Shown piece after piece: positions 27,250 to 36,227 of a stretch of DNA of 64,000 nt (its first letter is position 1; the number at the start of each line of letters is the position of its first letter). The notes under the pieces are model-generated. The model saw only the letters and a program-made list of their open reading frames with translations, did not search any database and had not been told where the DNA came from. Made by a program: the position numbers and the translations under genes. The stretch is taken from assembly GCA_964195905.1 (NCBI GenBank), contig CAXMQV010000013.1:3482-67481 (forward strand), in the 5' to 3' direction. Source of the DNA: an uncultured Gammaproteobacteria bacterium. Its GTDB lineage: Bacteria; Actinomycetota; Acidimicrobiia; Spongiisociales; SHLN01.

Positions 27250-27996
27250 TCAGCCGGGGACTCGGGCCAGGACGAAGAGGCGGGTGAACGGGAACACCGT
27301 CTCACCCCGCTCGTTTGGTGGGTAGGCGACCGCCATCTGGCGGGTGCACTCGTCCCGGTAGGCATCGTGCCGTTCAGCGTCGATCCGCTTGAGGAAGCGC
27401 TGCATGCCGGTCGCCGACACCCATCGGAACACCGGGTTGTCCCCGGTGAGTACGTGGTGGTAGGTGGTGACCCAGACCTCCGTGGTGGCCCGGCCGACGA
27501 GGGCGTCGTGGTAGGCGCCGGGGTCGAGGGTGGGTGGCGAGTCGATCTCGACACCGAACTCGACTCCCACCGAGCGCAGGATGCGATGCGAGGGTTGATC
27601 CCACGACAATGGCATTTGCACGGCTAGCTCGCCTCCGGGGCGGAGCATCGAGATGAGCCGCGGGAACAGGCCCGGGTGATCGTCGATCCATTGCAGGCTG
27701 GCGTTTGCGAAGACGAGGTCGACCGGTTCGGGTGGCTCCCAGGTCTCGATGTCGCCGACTTCGTAGCCAACCTCTGTGTGGGCGGCGACGGCGATCATCT
27801 CGACGGAGCGATCGATGCCGATCACCGAGGCGGCCGGCCACCGGTTGGCCAGCTCGGCAGTGAGACGGCCGGTGCCACACCCGAGGTCGACGATGCGTTC
27901 GGGCGAGGCCAGATCGAGGCGGGCCATGAGGTCAAGGCCCGGCTGGTGACGTTCGGCCAGGAACTCTTCGTAGTGGTCGGGATCCCAGGTTGTCAT
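27250..27996 (-). CDS. tam: Trans-aconitate 2-methyltransferase
   Basis: WDPDHY, DLGCGTG, NASLQW, FPFTRLF; ATG 27996. Confidence 0.88.
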   Translation of the reverse strand: MTTWDPDHYEEFLAERHQPGLDLMARLDLASPERIVDLGCGTGRLTAELANRWPAASVIGIDRSVEMIAVAAHTEVGYEVGDIETWEPPEPVDLVFANASLQWIDDHPGLFPRLISMLRPGGELAVQMPLSWDQPSHRILRSVGVEFGVEIDSPPTLDPGAYHDALVGRATTEVWVTTYHHVLTGDNPVFRWVSATGMQRFLKRIDAERHDAYRDECTRQMAVAYPPNERGETVFPFTRLFVLARVPG

Positions 27997-28058
27997 TAGC
28001 AAACGGTACAGCCGATCGGTCTCCCTTTCGGTGCCTCCCGGCCCTACAGTTGACGGCC

Positions 28059-28487
28059 ATGGAAGCCGTTGTCACCGTCGCTGTAGACGTTCCGTCGCTC
28101 GGGGACGAGCGTCGCAAGAACTGGGCCAAGGTCGTCGAGCACGTCGACACCGACAAGTCGACCGGATGGGCCTATCACGGTGAGTTCGTGGCGACCGGCG
28201 GCATCCAGGACATCGGTGCACCGTGTGTGCTGCTCATCTATGGGGAGCGAGGCTCGAAGGCAAACCCACAGATGGAAGCGCGGGCCTACGTCGTGAACAC
28301 CGACGGAACTCTCAGCCTCCACAGCACCGCCACCGGCCGCGCCTGGGCCCGCACCCTGCGGGACACCGTCGTCGAGTTGCTGGAGGCGGACACGCCGCTC
28401 TCGGCCGGTTCCCAGGAGTGGGGTCCCGAGCTCATGGCGTACTCGAACGATGCGCTGCGGACGGAGCTGAAGAGGCGCGAGGAGTAG
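28059..28487 (+). CDS. Hypothetical protein
   Basis: ATG 28059 lies 8 nt after TACAGT; KNWAKVV..VDTDKSTGWAYHGEF; C-terminal YSNDALRTELKRR. Confidence 0.75.
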   Translation: MEAVVTVAVDVPSLGDERRKNWAKVVEHVDTDKSTGWAYHGEFVATGGIQDIGAPCVLLIYGERGSKANPQMEARAYVVNTDGTLSLHSTATGRAWARTLRDTVVELLEADTPLSAGSQEWGPELMAYSNDALRTELKRREE

Positions 28488-28501
28488 GAAGCCTGCGGCT
28501 T

Positions 28502-28533
28502 CCTGTCACCGGTCACCCGTCACCTGTCACCGG
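28502..28533. repeat. 7-bp tandem array (CCTGTCA/CCGGTCA-type x4), reverse complement of the 24705 array type
   Basis: cctgtca ccggtca cccgtca cctgtca ccgg. Confidence 0.85.
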
Positions 28534-28624
28534 CCGAGCACTGACCGAGGGGGTTGTGGTTTCTCTGGGCCTGGCGCCGGCGGCGCCGGCCGTCGACCAC
28601 TTGTCATCCGGCGGCAGCAGTCGA

Positions 28625-28673
28625 CTTCTCGGCCATAGTCGCGCGGTTGCCATGGTCCGGCCGAGAAGTGACA
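28625..28673 (-). repeat. 49-bp REP-like palindrome, copy 2 (inverted)
   Basis: Reverse complement is TGTCACTTCTCGGCC-N24-GGCCGAGAAG; 39/49 identical to copy 1 by manual alignment. Confidence 0.8.
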
Positions 28674-28679
28674 AAGAAA

Positions 28680-28736
28680 GTGGCGCGAATGAATTGACAA
28701 GTGGAGTGAAAGGGACCATAGTGGCGCGAAGTGGAG
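28680..28736 (+). promoter_or_regulatory. dcw/mraZ promoter with MraZ-binding repeats
   Basis: TTGACA (28694-99), 17 bp, CATAGT (28717-22); GTGG[A/C]G repeats at 28680, 28701, 28721, 28731 in about 10-bp phase. Confidence 0.8.
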
Positions 28737-28790
28737 GACCAAGCCACGAGCCGGTGAGGCTCAACGAGGACAGGCAGACAGGATGGAATC

Positions 28791-29228
28791 GTGTTTCTGG
28801 GAGAGCACCAACACACAATCGACCCGAAGGGTCGCATCGTGCTCCCCAGTCGATTTCGCCCAGAACTGGCCGAAGGTTGCTTCGTCACCAAAGGTCTCGA
28901 CCGCTGCCTCTTCATCTTCACTCCCGAGCAGTGGGAAATCGAAGCACAAGAATTTCGCGCTCTTGATCGTCGGGATCGCCAGTTCCGCAACTACGGTCGC
29001 GTCTTCTTCGCCGGAGCGGTCGATCAGCAACTGGACAAGCAAGGGCGAGTCCAGATTCCGGCCGGCCTGCGGGAGTACGCCGGGCTCGACAAGGACGTCA
29101 TCGTGGTTGGAGTGGCAGAGCGGATCGAAATCTGGAACCCGTCGGCCTGGCAGGAGCTCACAGCCGGCGCCGACGACGAGTACGCCGACACCAACGAAGC
29201 AAGTAACCCAGGAGGAACTAGCAACTGA
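28791..29228 (+). CDS. mraZ: Division/cell wall cluster repressor MraZ
   Basis: FLGEHQHTIDPKGRIVLP and LDKQGRVQIP repeats. Confidence 0.96.
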   Translation: MFLGEHQHTIDPKGRIVLPSRFRPELAEGCFVTKGLDRCLFIFTPEQWEIEAQEFRALDRRDRQFRNYGRVFFAGAVDQQLDKQGRVQIPAGLREYAGLDKDVIVVGVAERIEIWNPSAWQELTAGADDEYADTNEASNPGGTSN

Positions 29229-29249
29229 CAATGCAGGGCAGGGTTCATC

Positions 29250-29328
29250 GCCAGCCCCCCGGATGCCATATGGAAGGCCCCTTACTCCGCCCGCTTCCAT
29301 TTTGGCGCCAGCGCTCCGGGGGGCTGGC
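29250..29328 (+). ncRNA. Long hairpin in the rsmH(mraW) leader; candidate mraW RNA motif
   Basis: 14-bp perfect outer stem GCCAGCCCCCCGGA/TCCGGGGGGCTGGC, inner stem GCCA..ATGGAAG/CTTCCAT..TGGC, pyrimidine loop CCCCTTACTCC; position matches the actinobacterial mraW motif. Confidence 0.65.
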
Positions 29329-29329
29329 A

Positions 29330-30262
29330 ATGCACCAGGCTCCACAACACCGACCGGTTCTGGTCGACGAGGTAGCCGATCTCTTTGGACCCATCGAATC
29401 TGGAGTCATAGTGGACGCCACCTTCGGCGGGGGAGGGCACACCCGGCGACTCCTGGACGTGCTCGGCCAGGGAGTCCGGTTCCTAGCTCTCGACCGGGAC
29501 ACGGAAGCGGAGGCCCGCGCCGCCATGTTCGGCCCCAGGGTTCGCTTCGTCACGTCCGATTTTCGACATCTCTCCCAAGTAGCTGAGGGGGAGGGAATCG
29601 ATGCGATCACGGGCGTCCTCTTTGATCTTGGACTTTCCTCTCTACAGCTGGACGACCCCGCGCGAGGTTTTGGTTTTCGCCGAAGCGGGCCTCTTGATAT
29701 GCGGATGGGTGCTGGTTCAGTCACCGCGGACGAGATGGTCAACCAGTGGGAGGAGCCAGATCTTCGTCGGGCGATCGCCCGCTACGGAGAAGAGCGATTC
29801 GCCAACCGGATCGCTCGTGCCATCGTTCGGGCCCGGCCTGTCACCGACACCGCCAGTCTCGCCGAGATCGTCAAACTCGCCATCCCGGCTGCGACCAGGC
29901 GCACAGGCGGCCACCCGGCCCGTCGAACGTTCCAGGCTCTTCGCATCGTGGTCAACGATGAACTGGTCGCCCTCGAAGAAGGGCTCGAAGCGGCCCTCGA
30001 TCTTGTCGAGCCGGGGGGCCGGGTCGTCGTGATTTCCTACCACTCCCTCGAAGATCGCATAGTCAAGCGGCGGCTGGTGTCAGCCTCCTCCTCGCCGGAT
30101 GTCACTTCCCTTCCGGTAATGGCACCAGTCGTCGCTCCCGATTTCCGGCTGCTGACTCGCAAGCCGATAACCCCAACCGAAGAAGAGGTGGCCGGGAACC
30201 CGCGAGCTCGCAGCGCCAAGTTGCGGGCCATCGAGCGGATCTCGCCCGGGAGCGCCGCCTGA
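29330..30262 (+). CDS. rsmH: 16S rRNA m4C1402 methyltransferase
   Basis: HRPVL, DATFGGGGH, DLGLSSLQLD, ISYHSLEDR, NPRARSAKLR. Confidence 0.96.
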   Translation: MHQAPQHRPVLVDEVADLFGPIESGVIVDATFGGGGHTRRLLDVLGQGVRFLALDRDTEAEARAAMFGPRVRFVTSDFRHLSQVAEGEGIDAITGVLFDLGLSSLQLDDPARGFGFRRSGPLDMRMGAGSVTADEMVNQWEEPDLRRAIARYGEERFANRIARAIVRARPVTDTASLAEIVKLAIPAATRRTGGHPARRTFQALRIVVNDELVALEEGLEAALDLVEPGGRVVVISYHSLEDRIVKRRLVSASSSPDVTSLPVMAPVVAPDFRLLTRKPITPTEEEVAGNPRARSAKLRAIERISPGSAA

Positions 30263-30675
30263 TGGCTGCCCGTACCGCGCCGGCGAGGGCCCCGGGCAGC
30301 GGCCTCCGGGTTATCCCCGGACAGAGGCGCAATCCCGCCGTCATCGGTGTTCGCCAGCTCGGATGGCTTGTCCTGGCCGTCACCATGTTCTTTGCCCTCA
30401 TCTACTCGCGAATCTTTCTCGACAGCGCCGCCTTCGATCTAACCAAACTCGAAGGGCTGATTTCGGAGCAGGAGAGTCAGTTCGACGAGCTCCGGCTCGA
30501 AGTCGCTCAGCTCGAATCGCCGCAGCGGATCTACACCGAGGCGCAGGCGATGGGAATGGTGTTGCCGGAGGAGGGTCGAACGGTGTACGCACCGATGCCC
30601 GTGGCAGTCGATGAAATCGGAGAGCTGGTGTCGAGCGGGTCGACTCCATTGCTTGCCACCGTGGGGGCGCGATGA
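30262..30675 (+). CDS. ftsL: Cell division protein FtsL-like
   Basis: TM plus coiled coil ending LESPQRI...A..MGMV; lies between rsmH and ftsI. Confidence 0.8.
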   Translation: MAARTAPARAPGSGLRVIPGQRRNPAVIGVRQLGWLVLAVTMFFALIYSRIFLDSAAFDLTKLEGLISEQESQFDELRLEVAQLESPQRIYTEAQAMGMVLPEEGRTVYAPMPVAVDEIGELVSSGSTPLLATVGAR

Positions 30676-30696
30676 CCGGGCTGAGCGCTGCACGCG

Positions 30697-32445
30697 GTGG
30701 CGACTCAGGCCGGACGGAGTCCTAGGGCGATGGGGCGCAAAAGAAGGCGCCCCCAGCATCTCCGGCTCTTCCTCGTAGGCGCCTTCTTCCTCGCCGCCTG
30801 GGCCGTGATCGGCATCAAACTGGTGTTTGTGCAGGGCGTGCAGGCGCAGGCTCTGGAGGATCAGGCTCTCGATCAGCGCCTTCGCACCGTCACCCTCGAG
30901 GCCGATCGGGGCACCATATTCGATCGGGACGGGCGGGAACTGGCGCTGACGATCGAAGCCACGACCGTTTATGCAAACCCCCACGAGATCAGCGATCCGG
31001 CGTTGACGGCGGCTGCCCTGTCCGGGCTCCTCGGGCGCCCGGTCGGCGAGCTGCAGGCAGATCTCGAGAAGGACACGGGCTTCGTGTACATCGCTCGCAA
31101 ACTCCTCAGGGCGCAGGCCGATGCCATCCGCGAGCTCGACCTCGACGGCCTCCATTTCATTGCCGAGCCCAAGCGCGTGTATCCATCGGGCGATCTGGCC
31201 GCCCAGGTCCTCGGCTTCGTTGGAACCGACAACGGTGGGCTCGAAGGCGTCGAGCAGATGTACGAGGAGACCTTGACCGGAGAGCCCGGGCAACTCATTT
31301 TCGAACGATCTGGACGCGGCCGCATGATCCCCCAGGGCGAGTACGAAGTCCGCCAGGCAGTCCGTGGCAACGACATCGTGCTCACCATCGACGGGGAGCT
31401 GCAGTTCTTCGCCCAGCAGGAGGCCATGACGACGCTGGAAGAAACGGGAGCCAAGGCGGTACACATCGTCGTCCTAGACGTGACCACCTTCGAGGTTCTG
31501 GCCATGGCGAGCGCACCCACATTCGATCCGAACAACATCGGCAGCAACGCCGACCTGTTCCGCAACCGCGTCGTGACCGATACTTTCGAGCCCGGCTCCA
31601 CCCAGAAGCTCATCACGATTGCCGCCGCCATCGAAGAGGGCATCGTGAACCCCGACAGCGTGTTTGAGGTCCCCGACAGCATCGAGGTCTTCGATCGGGA
31701 GTACTTCGACTTCAGCGAGCACGAGACCAGCGACATGTCGGTTGCCAACATCGTGGCGCAATCGTCGAATGTCGGGACGATCCTCGTGTGGCAGGAGCTG
31801 GGCGACCCCCTCCTCTACCGTTACCTCGAAGGCTTCGGGCTCGGTACTTATACCGGCATAGACTTCCCTGGTGAGGTGCCGGGCTATCTACGGCCCGCCG
31901 AGGAATGGTGTGATTCGTGCGGCGCCTCCACCTCGATCGGGTATCGCGTTTCGGTGACTCCGCTCCAGATGACATCGGTCTTCGCCACCGTCGCCAACGA
32001 CGGTGTCTGGATGCAGCCCCAGGTCGTCGACTCGATTCTCGAGGATGGCGATCCGACCCCTTTCGATCAGCAAAGCCATCGGGCCGTATCGGTTGAGACC
32101 GCCCGGGTCATGCGCAGCCTGCTGACCGGTGTAGTGGAAGGTGGGACCGGACAGCTGGCCCAGGTCGCCGGCTACTCGGTCGGAGGCAAGACCGGGACCA
32201 CCGAGAAGTTTGAACCAGAGCTGCTCTGCCCCGGGGCGACGGTGCCCGGGTGCTACGGCGACGACGTGGTGGCCAGCTTCATCGGGATCGGACCGAGCGA
32301 CAACCCGCGTCTGGCAATTGGAGTCTTCGTTGATTCGCCCCGGGCGGACAAGAAGCGGACCGGTGGGGTGGCAGCCGCCCCGGCCTTCTCACGGGTGATG
32401 CGCTTCGCCCTTCATCAGCTCGGAGTACCCCCCGATGCCCAATGA
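30697..32445 (+). CDS. ftsI: Class B PBP (PBP3)
   Basis: RGTIFDRDG, PGSTQK, SSNVG, GKTGT. Confidence 0.95.
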   Translation: MATQAGRSPRAMGRKRRRPQHLRLFLVGAFFLAAWAVIGIKLVFVQGVQAQALEDQALDQRLRTVTLEADRGTIFDRDGRELALTIEATTVYANPHEISDPALTAAALSGLLGRPVGELQADLEKDTGFVYIARKLLRAQADAIRELDLDGLHFIAEPKRVYPSGDLAAQVLGFVGTDNGGLEGVEQMYEETLTGEPGQLIFERSGRGRMIPQGEYEVRQAVRGNDIVLTIDGELQFFAQQEAMTTLEETGAKAVHIVVLDVTTFEVLAMASAPTFDPNNIGSNADLFRNRVVTDTFEPGSTQKLITIAAAIEEGIVNPDSVFEVPDSIEVFDREYFDFSEHETSDMSVANIVAQSSNVGTILVWQELGDPLLYRYLEGFGLGTYTGIDFPGEVPGYLRPAEEWCDSCGASTSIGYRVSVTPLQMTSVFATVANDGVWMQPQVVDSILEDGDPTPFDQQSHRAVSVETARVMRSLLTGVVEGGTGQLAQVAGYSVGGKTGTTEKFEPELLCPGATVPGCYGDDVVASFIGIGPSDNPRLAIGVFVDSPRADKKRTGGVAAAPAFSRVMRFALHQLGVPPDAQ

Positions 32446-33868
32446 ACCGGTCAATCTCGAACGACTCGCCGCGGTAGCGAACGGAACGGTCATCGGCGAT
32501 GCCGCCACCGTTGTCGTTGACGTCACCCATGACAGCCGTGCCGCCGGGCCGGCCGATCTCTTCGTCGCGGTCCGGGGGGCTCATCGCGATGGCCACGAAT
32601 ACGTGGCATCGACGATGGCGGCGGCGGCCTGTGTCGATGCCCCGGTTGAGGCGTCGATTCCCCTGCTCGTTGTGCCAGACACCCGAGCTGCCCTCCCGTG
32701 GTTGGCTGCCGAAGTACACGGGCATCCCTCAAGGAAGCTGCGAGTAGTCGGGGTCACCGGGACAAATGGCAAGACGACGGTGTCACACATGCTGGCCTCC
32801 ATCATCGAGGCGGCCGGAGAGATGGCCGGGGTGATCGGCACTATCGGAGCCAGGATCGGCCGGCAGCGAATTCATCTGGAACGGACCTCACCGGAGGCCT
32901 CGGATTTTCAGCGGCTGCTCCACACGATGGTCGATGCCGGCGTTGTAACCGCCGCCGTCGAGGTCTCCTCGCACGCTCTCGAGTTCGGTCGCCTCGATGC
33001 CACCGAGTATGCGGTAGTGGCGTTCACGAATCTCAGCCAGGATCACCTCGACTTGCATGGCGATATGGAGTCCTACTTCCGGGCGAAAGCTTCGCTGTTG
33101 CTTGAGGCGACGGCTCCTGCCGTCGTCAACGTGAATGATTCGTGGGGAGCCCGCCTCGTCACCATGCTCGACCGGCCGGCCGTTCAGGTCGGGGAGGGCG
33201 GCGACTTCCGGGCGGAGGATCTCACTCCCGGCTTGACTGAGAGTCAGTTTCGCCTCGTGACGCCGGAGGGTGAAGCACTCGTCAGGCTTCCGCTCGGAGG
33301 ACAGTTCAACATCGAGAACGCCCTGGTGGCGGCCGCCTGCGCCGGCAGTCTCGGATTCCGGCTGGCCGACATCGCAACCGGCCTCGGCGCCATCGAGCCG
33401 ATTCCGGGCCGGATGGAACCGGTCGAGGCCGGCCAGTCGGCGATCATTCTCGTCGACTACGCCCACACCCCCGAGGGGATCGAAAAGGTCCTCGCCTCGG
33501 TGCGTCCTCATGTGGCCGGATGCATCACCGTGGTGGTGGGTGCCGGCGGCGACCGCGACGCCGAAAAGCGCTCCGGTATGGGCCGGGCCGCCAGCCAGGC
33601 CGACCGGGTGGTATTCACCTCGGACAATCCCCGGTCGGAGGATCCCGCCGCCATAATCGAGGCCTTGCTGGCCGGGGCCGACGGGCCCGCCGAGGTAGCC
33701 GTCGAATCAGATCGGCGCCGGGCGATCGAGCAAGCCATTACCGAGGCCGGCGCCGGGGACGCCGTCCTCATTCTGGGCAAGGGCCACGAAGCCGGCCAGG
33801 AGATAGCCGGCCAGATTCTTCCTTTCGACGATCGTCAGGTCGCTCGCCAATCGGTGGCGGCATCATGA
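32435..33868 (+). CDS. murE: UDP-MurNAc-tripeptide ligase (meso-DAP type)
   Basis: GTNGKTT, EVSSH, DYAHTP, DNPR (DAP specificity motif). Confidence 0.96.
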   Translation: MPNEPVNLERLAAVANGTVIGDAATVVVDVTHDSRAAGPADLFVAVRGAHRDGHEYVASTMAAAACVDAPVEASIPLLVVPDTRAALPWLAAEVHGHPSRKLRVVGVTGTNGKTTVSHMLASIIEAAGEMAGVIGTIGARIGRQRIHLERTSPEASDFQRLLHTMVDAGVVTAAVEVSSHALEFGRLDATEYAVVAFTNLSQDHLDLHGDMESYFRAKASLLLEATAPAVVNVNDSWGARLVTMLDRPAVQVGEGGDFRAEDLTPGLTESQFRLVTPEGEALVRLPLGGQFNIENALVAAACAGSLGFRLADIATGLGAIEPIPGRMEPVEAGQSAIILVDYAHTPEGIEKVLASVRPHVAGCITVVVGAGGDRDAEKRSGMGRAASQADRVVFTSDNPRSEDPAAIIEALLAGADGPAEVAVESDRRRAIEQAITEAGAGDAVLILGKGHEAGQEIAGQILPFDDRQVARQSVAAS

Positions 33869-35178
33869 AGTGGAACACCCGTCAGATCGCGACAGTCACC
33901 GGGGGAGTGGCAGTCGGCGACGCCGAAATCACGAGCATCGCCACCGATACCCGCTCGCTGGAACCGGGTTCGCTATTCGTGGCATTGCGAGGTGACCGAT
34001 TCGATGGACACGATTACCTGGCGACCGCCCTGGCGGCCGGGGCAGCCGCCGTCCTGGTGGACGAGCCGGCCCCGATTGAGCCCCGCGTCGTGGTGTCCGA
34101 TACGTTGCTGGCTCTTCGCAGTCTGGCAGCCGAGTATCGAAGCTCGTTGAGCGGAGCCAGGGCCATCGGTATAACGGGCAGCACTGGAAAGACTTCGTGC
34201 AAGGATCTGCTGGCCAGTGCCCTCGGCGTCGGGACCTGGGCGTCTCCCAGGTCATTCAACAACGAGGTGGGCGTGCCGCTCACCGTCCTGTCAGCGCCGC
34301 CGGACACCGAGGTCCTCGTGCTGGAAGTCGGAAGCCGCGGGGTGGGCCACATCCGGGACCTCATCGATGTGATGCGCCCGGACATCGCGGTTATCACGAG
34401 CATCGGCGCCAGTCATCTCGCCACCCTCGGCAACGTCGAAACGGTTCGACTCGCCAAGTGGGAGTTGGTAGAGGGCCTCAACCCGGAGGGCATCGCCATC
34501 CTCCCGGCCGAAGATGGCACCCTCGCAGAATGGGCCTCCCGCGATCGCGTCCCGGTCCACAGCTTCGGCAAGGGTGGAGATGTGCGGATCGAGGATCTCG
34601 CTCTCGACGAAACCGCCCGGCCCTCGTTCGTTCTGGAGGCAGGAGGAGAGCGCGTCAAACTCAAGCTCTCGATGGCAGGAGTCCATCAGGCCGCCAACGC
34701 GGCAGCAGCTGCGGCCGCCGGACTGGCCCTCGGCCGGGCGCTCCCCGACCTGGCAGCCGGCCTCGAAATGGCGCACGGTTCCGCCTGGCGCATGGAAGTC
34801 ACCCGGGGCGCCTTCACCGTCGTCAACGACGCCTACAACGCCAACCCGGACTCGATGGCGGCGGCGCTCCAATCGGTGGCGGCCATGCCGGGTCGTCACC
34901 TTGCCGTGCTCGGTCTGATGGCCGAGTTGGGCGACGCCGCTCCGGCCGCCCATCGGACCGCCGGGAGGTTGGCTCGTGAGCTCGGCTATACCGCGGTCGT
35001 GGTGGTGGGAGAGGATCCCGGCATCGCCGATGGCGCCGGAGACATTGTCCACCCGGTTCACGATGCGGCCGCCGCCCGGCTCCTCGTCTCCGAGCTCGTC
35101 GAAGATGGCGACGTTGTTCTCGTCAAGGCTTCGAGGGCGGTCGGTCTCGAGAGCCTGGCCGGGGAGCTCATCTCGTGA
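33865..35178 (+). CDS. murF: UDP-MurNAc-pentapeptide ligase
   Basis: GSTGKTSCK, SFNNEVGVP, NDAYNANPDS, VKASR; ATG 33865. Confidence 0.95.
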   Translation: MKWNTRQIATVTGGVAVGDAEITSIATDTRSLEPGSLFVALRGDRFDGHDYLATALAAGAAAVLVDEPAPIEPRVVVSDTLLALRSLAAEYRSSLSGARAIGITGSTGKTSCKDLLASALGVGTWASPRSFNNEVGVPLTVLSAPPDTEVLVLEVGSRGVGHIRDLIDVMRPDIAVITSIGASHLATLGNVETVRLAKWELVEGLNPEGIAILPAEDGTLAEWASRDRVPVHSFGKGGDVRIEDLALDETARPSFVLEAGGERVKLKLSMAGVHQAANAAAAAAAGLALGRALPDLAAGLEMAHGSAWRMEVTRGAFTVVNDAYNANPDSMAAALQSVAAMPGRHLAVLGLMAELGDAAPAAHRTAGRLARELGYTAVVVVGEDPGIADGAGDIVHPVHDAAAARLLVSELVEDGDVVLVKASRAVGLESLAGELIS

Positions 35179-36227
35179 TTGCGCTTCTCGTCGCCGTCAC
35201 CTTTGCGTTCGGATTCGCCTTCGCCGCCATGACGCCGGTGATCCATGCCCTCCGCCGCCATGACGTCGGCCAGTTCATTCAGGAGGATGTTTCCGAGCAC
35301 TCCCACAAGCGGGGCACGCCAACGATGGGGGGCACGGTAATCATCGTGGCGACGGTGCTCGGCTACGCCATCGCCCACCTTCGGATCTGGTCTCCCGAGG
35401 AAGGGTTTGGGCTCGACCCGAGGCCGTTCAGCTCTGAGGCGCTGCTGGCAGTCCTGGCGCTCGTCGGGATGGGGGTTATCGGATTCATCGACGACTACCA
35501 GAAGTACGCTCGCAAGCAGAACCTCGGTCTGAGCAAGCGGTGGAAGTTCGGTGGCCAGTTGCTGGTGGCGGGCTTCTTCGCCTGGGGGGCCGTCGTCGCC
35601 GACGTGTCAACCGAGCTCTCCTTCACCCGCGAGCTCGGGTTCGATCTTGGCTGGGCGTATCCACTCTGGGTGCTCTTCCTGTTGACGGCGGCCGCCAACG
35701 CCGTCAACCTCACTGACGGTCTCGACGGTCTGGCCGCCGGTTCGAGCGCACTTGTGTTCGGCGCTTTCGTCATCATCGGTTTCTGGCAGTTCCGCAATCC
35801 GTCGGTCTACGCGGTCGACGGAGCCCTCGACCTCGGCATCCTGGCAGCTGCCTTGCTTGGCTCGGTGATGGCCTTCCTCTGGTTCAACGCCGCTCCTGCT
35901 GAGCTGTTCATGGGTGATGTCGGATCGCAAGCTCTCGGAGGTGCCATGGCGGCTCTGGCCCTCCTTACGAATACCCATCTCCTGCTGGCGGTGCTCGGCG
36001 GCCTCTACGTCATGGAGGCCACCTCGGTGATCCTCCAGGTCGGATCGTTCCGGTTGTTCGGGAAGCGAATCTTCCGCATGGCCCCCATCCATCATCATTT
36101 CGAACTCAGAGGATGGCCTGAGACCACGGTCATCATCCGATTCTGGATCATCGCCGGCATCGCGGTTGCTCTCGGCCTCGGCATCTTTTACGGGGACTTC
36201 ATCTCCATGGAGGGTGGCCTCTCGTGA
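35175..36227 (+). CDS. mraY: Phospho-MurNAc-pentapeptide transferase
   Basis: KRGTPTMGG, NAVNLTDGLDGL, FMGDVGS, MAPIHHHFE. Confidence 0.97.
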   Translation: MIALLVAVTFAFGFAFAAMTPVIHALRRHDVGQFIQEDVSEHSHKRGTPTMGGTVIIVATVLGYAIAHLRIWSPEEGFGLDPRPFSSEALLAVLALVGMGVIGFIDDYQKYARKQNLGLSKRWKFGGQLLVAGFFAWGAVVADVSTELSFTRELGFDLGWAYPLWVLFLLTAAANAVNLTDGLDGLAAGSSALVFGAFVIIGFWQFRNPSVYAVDGALDLGILAAALLGSVMAFLWFNAAPAELFMGDVGSQALGGAMAALALLTNTHLLLAVLGGLYVMEATSVILQVGSFRLFGKRIFRMAPIHHHFELRGWPETTVIIRFWIIAGIAVALGLGIFYGDFISMEGGLS

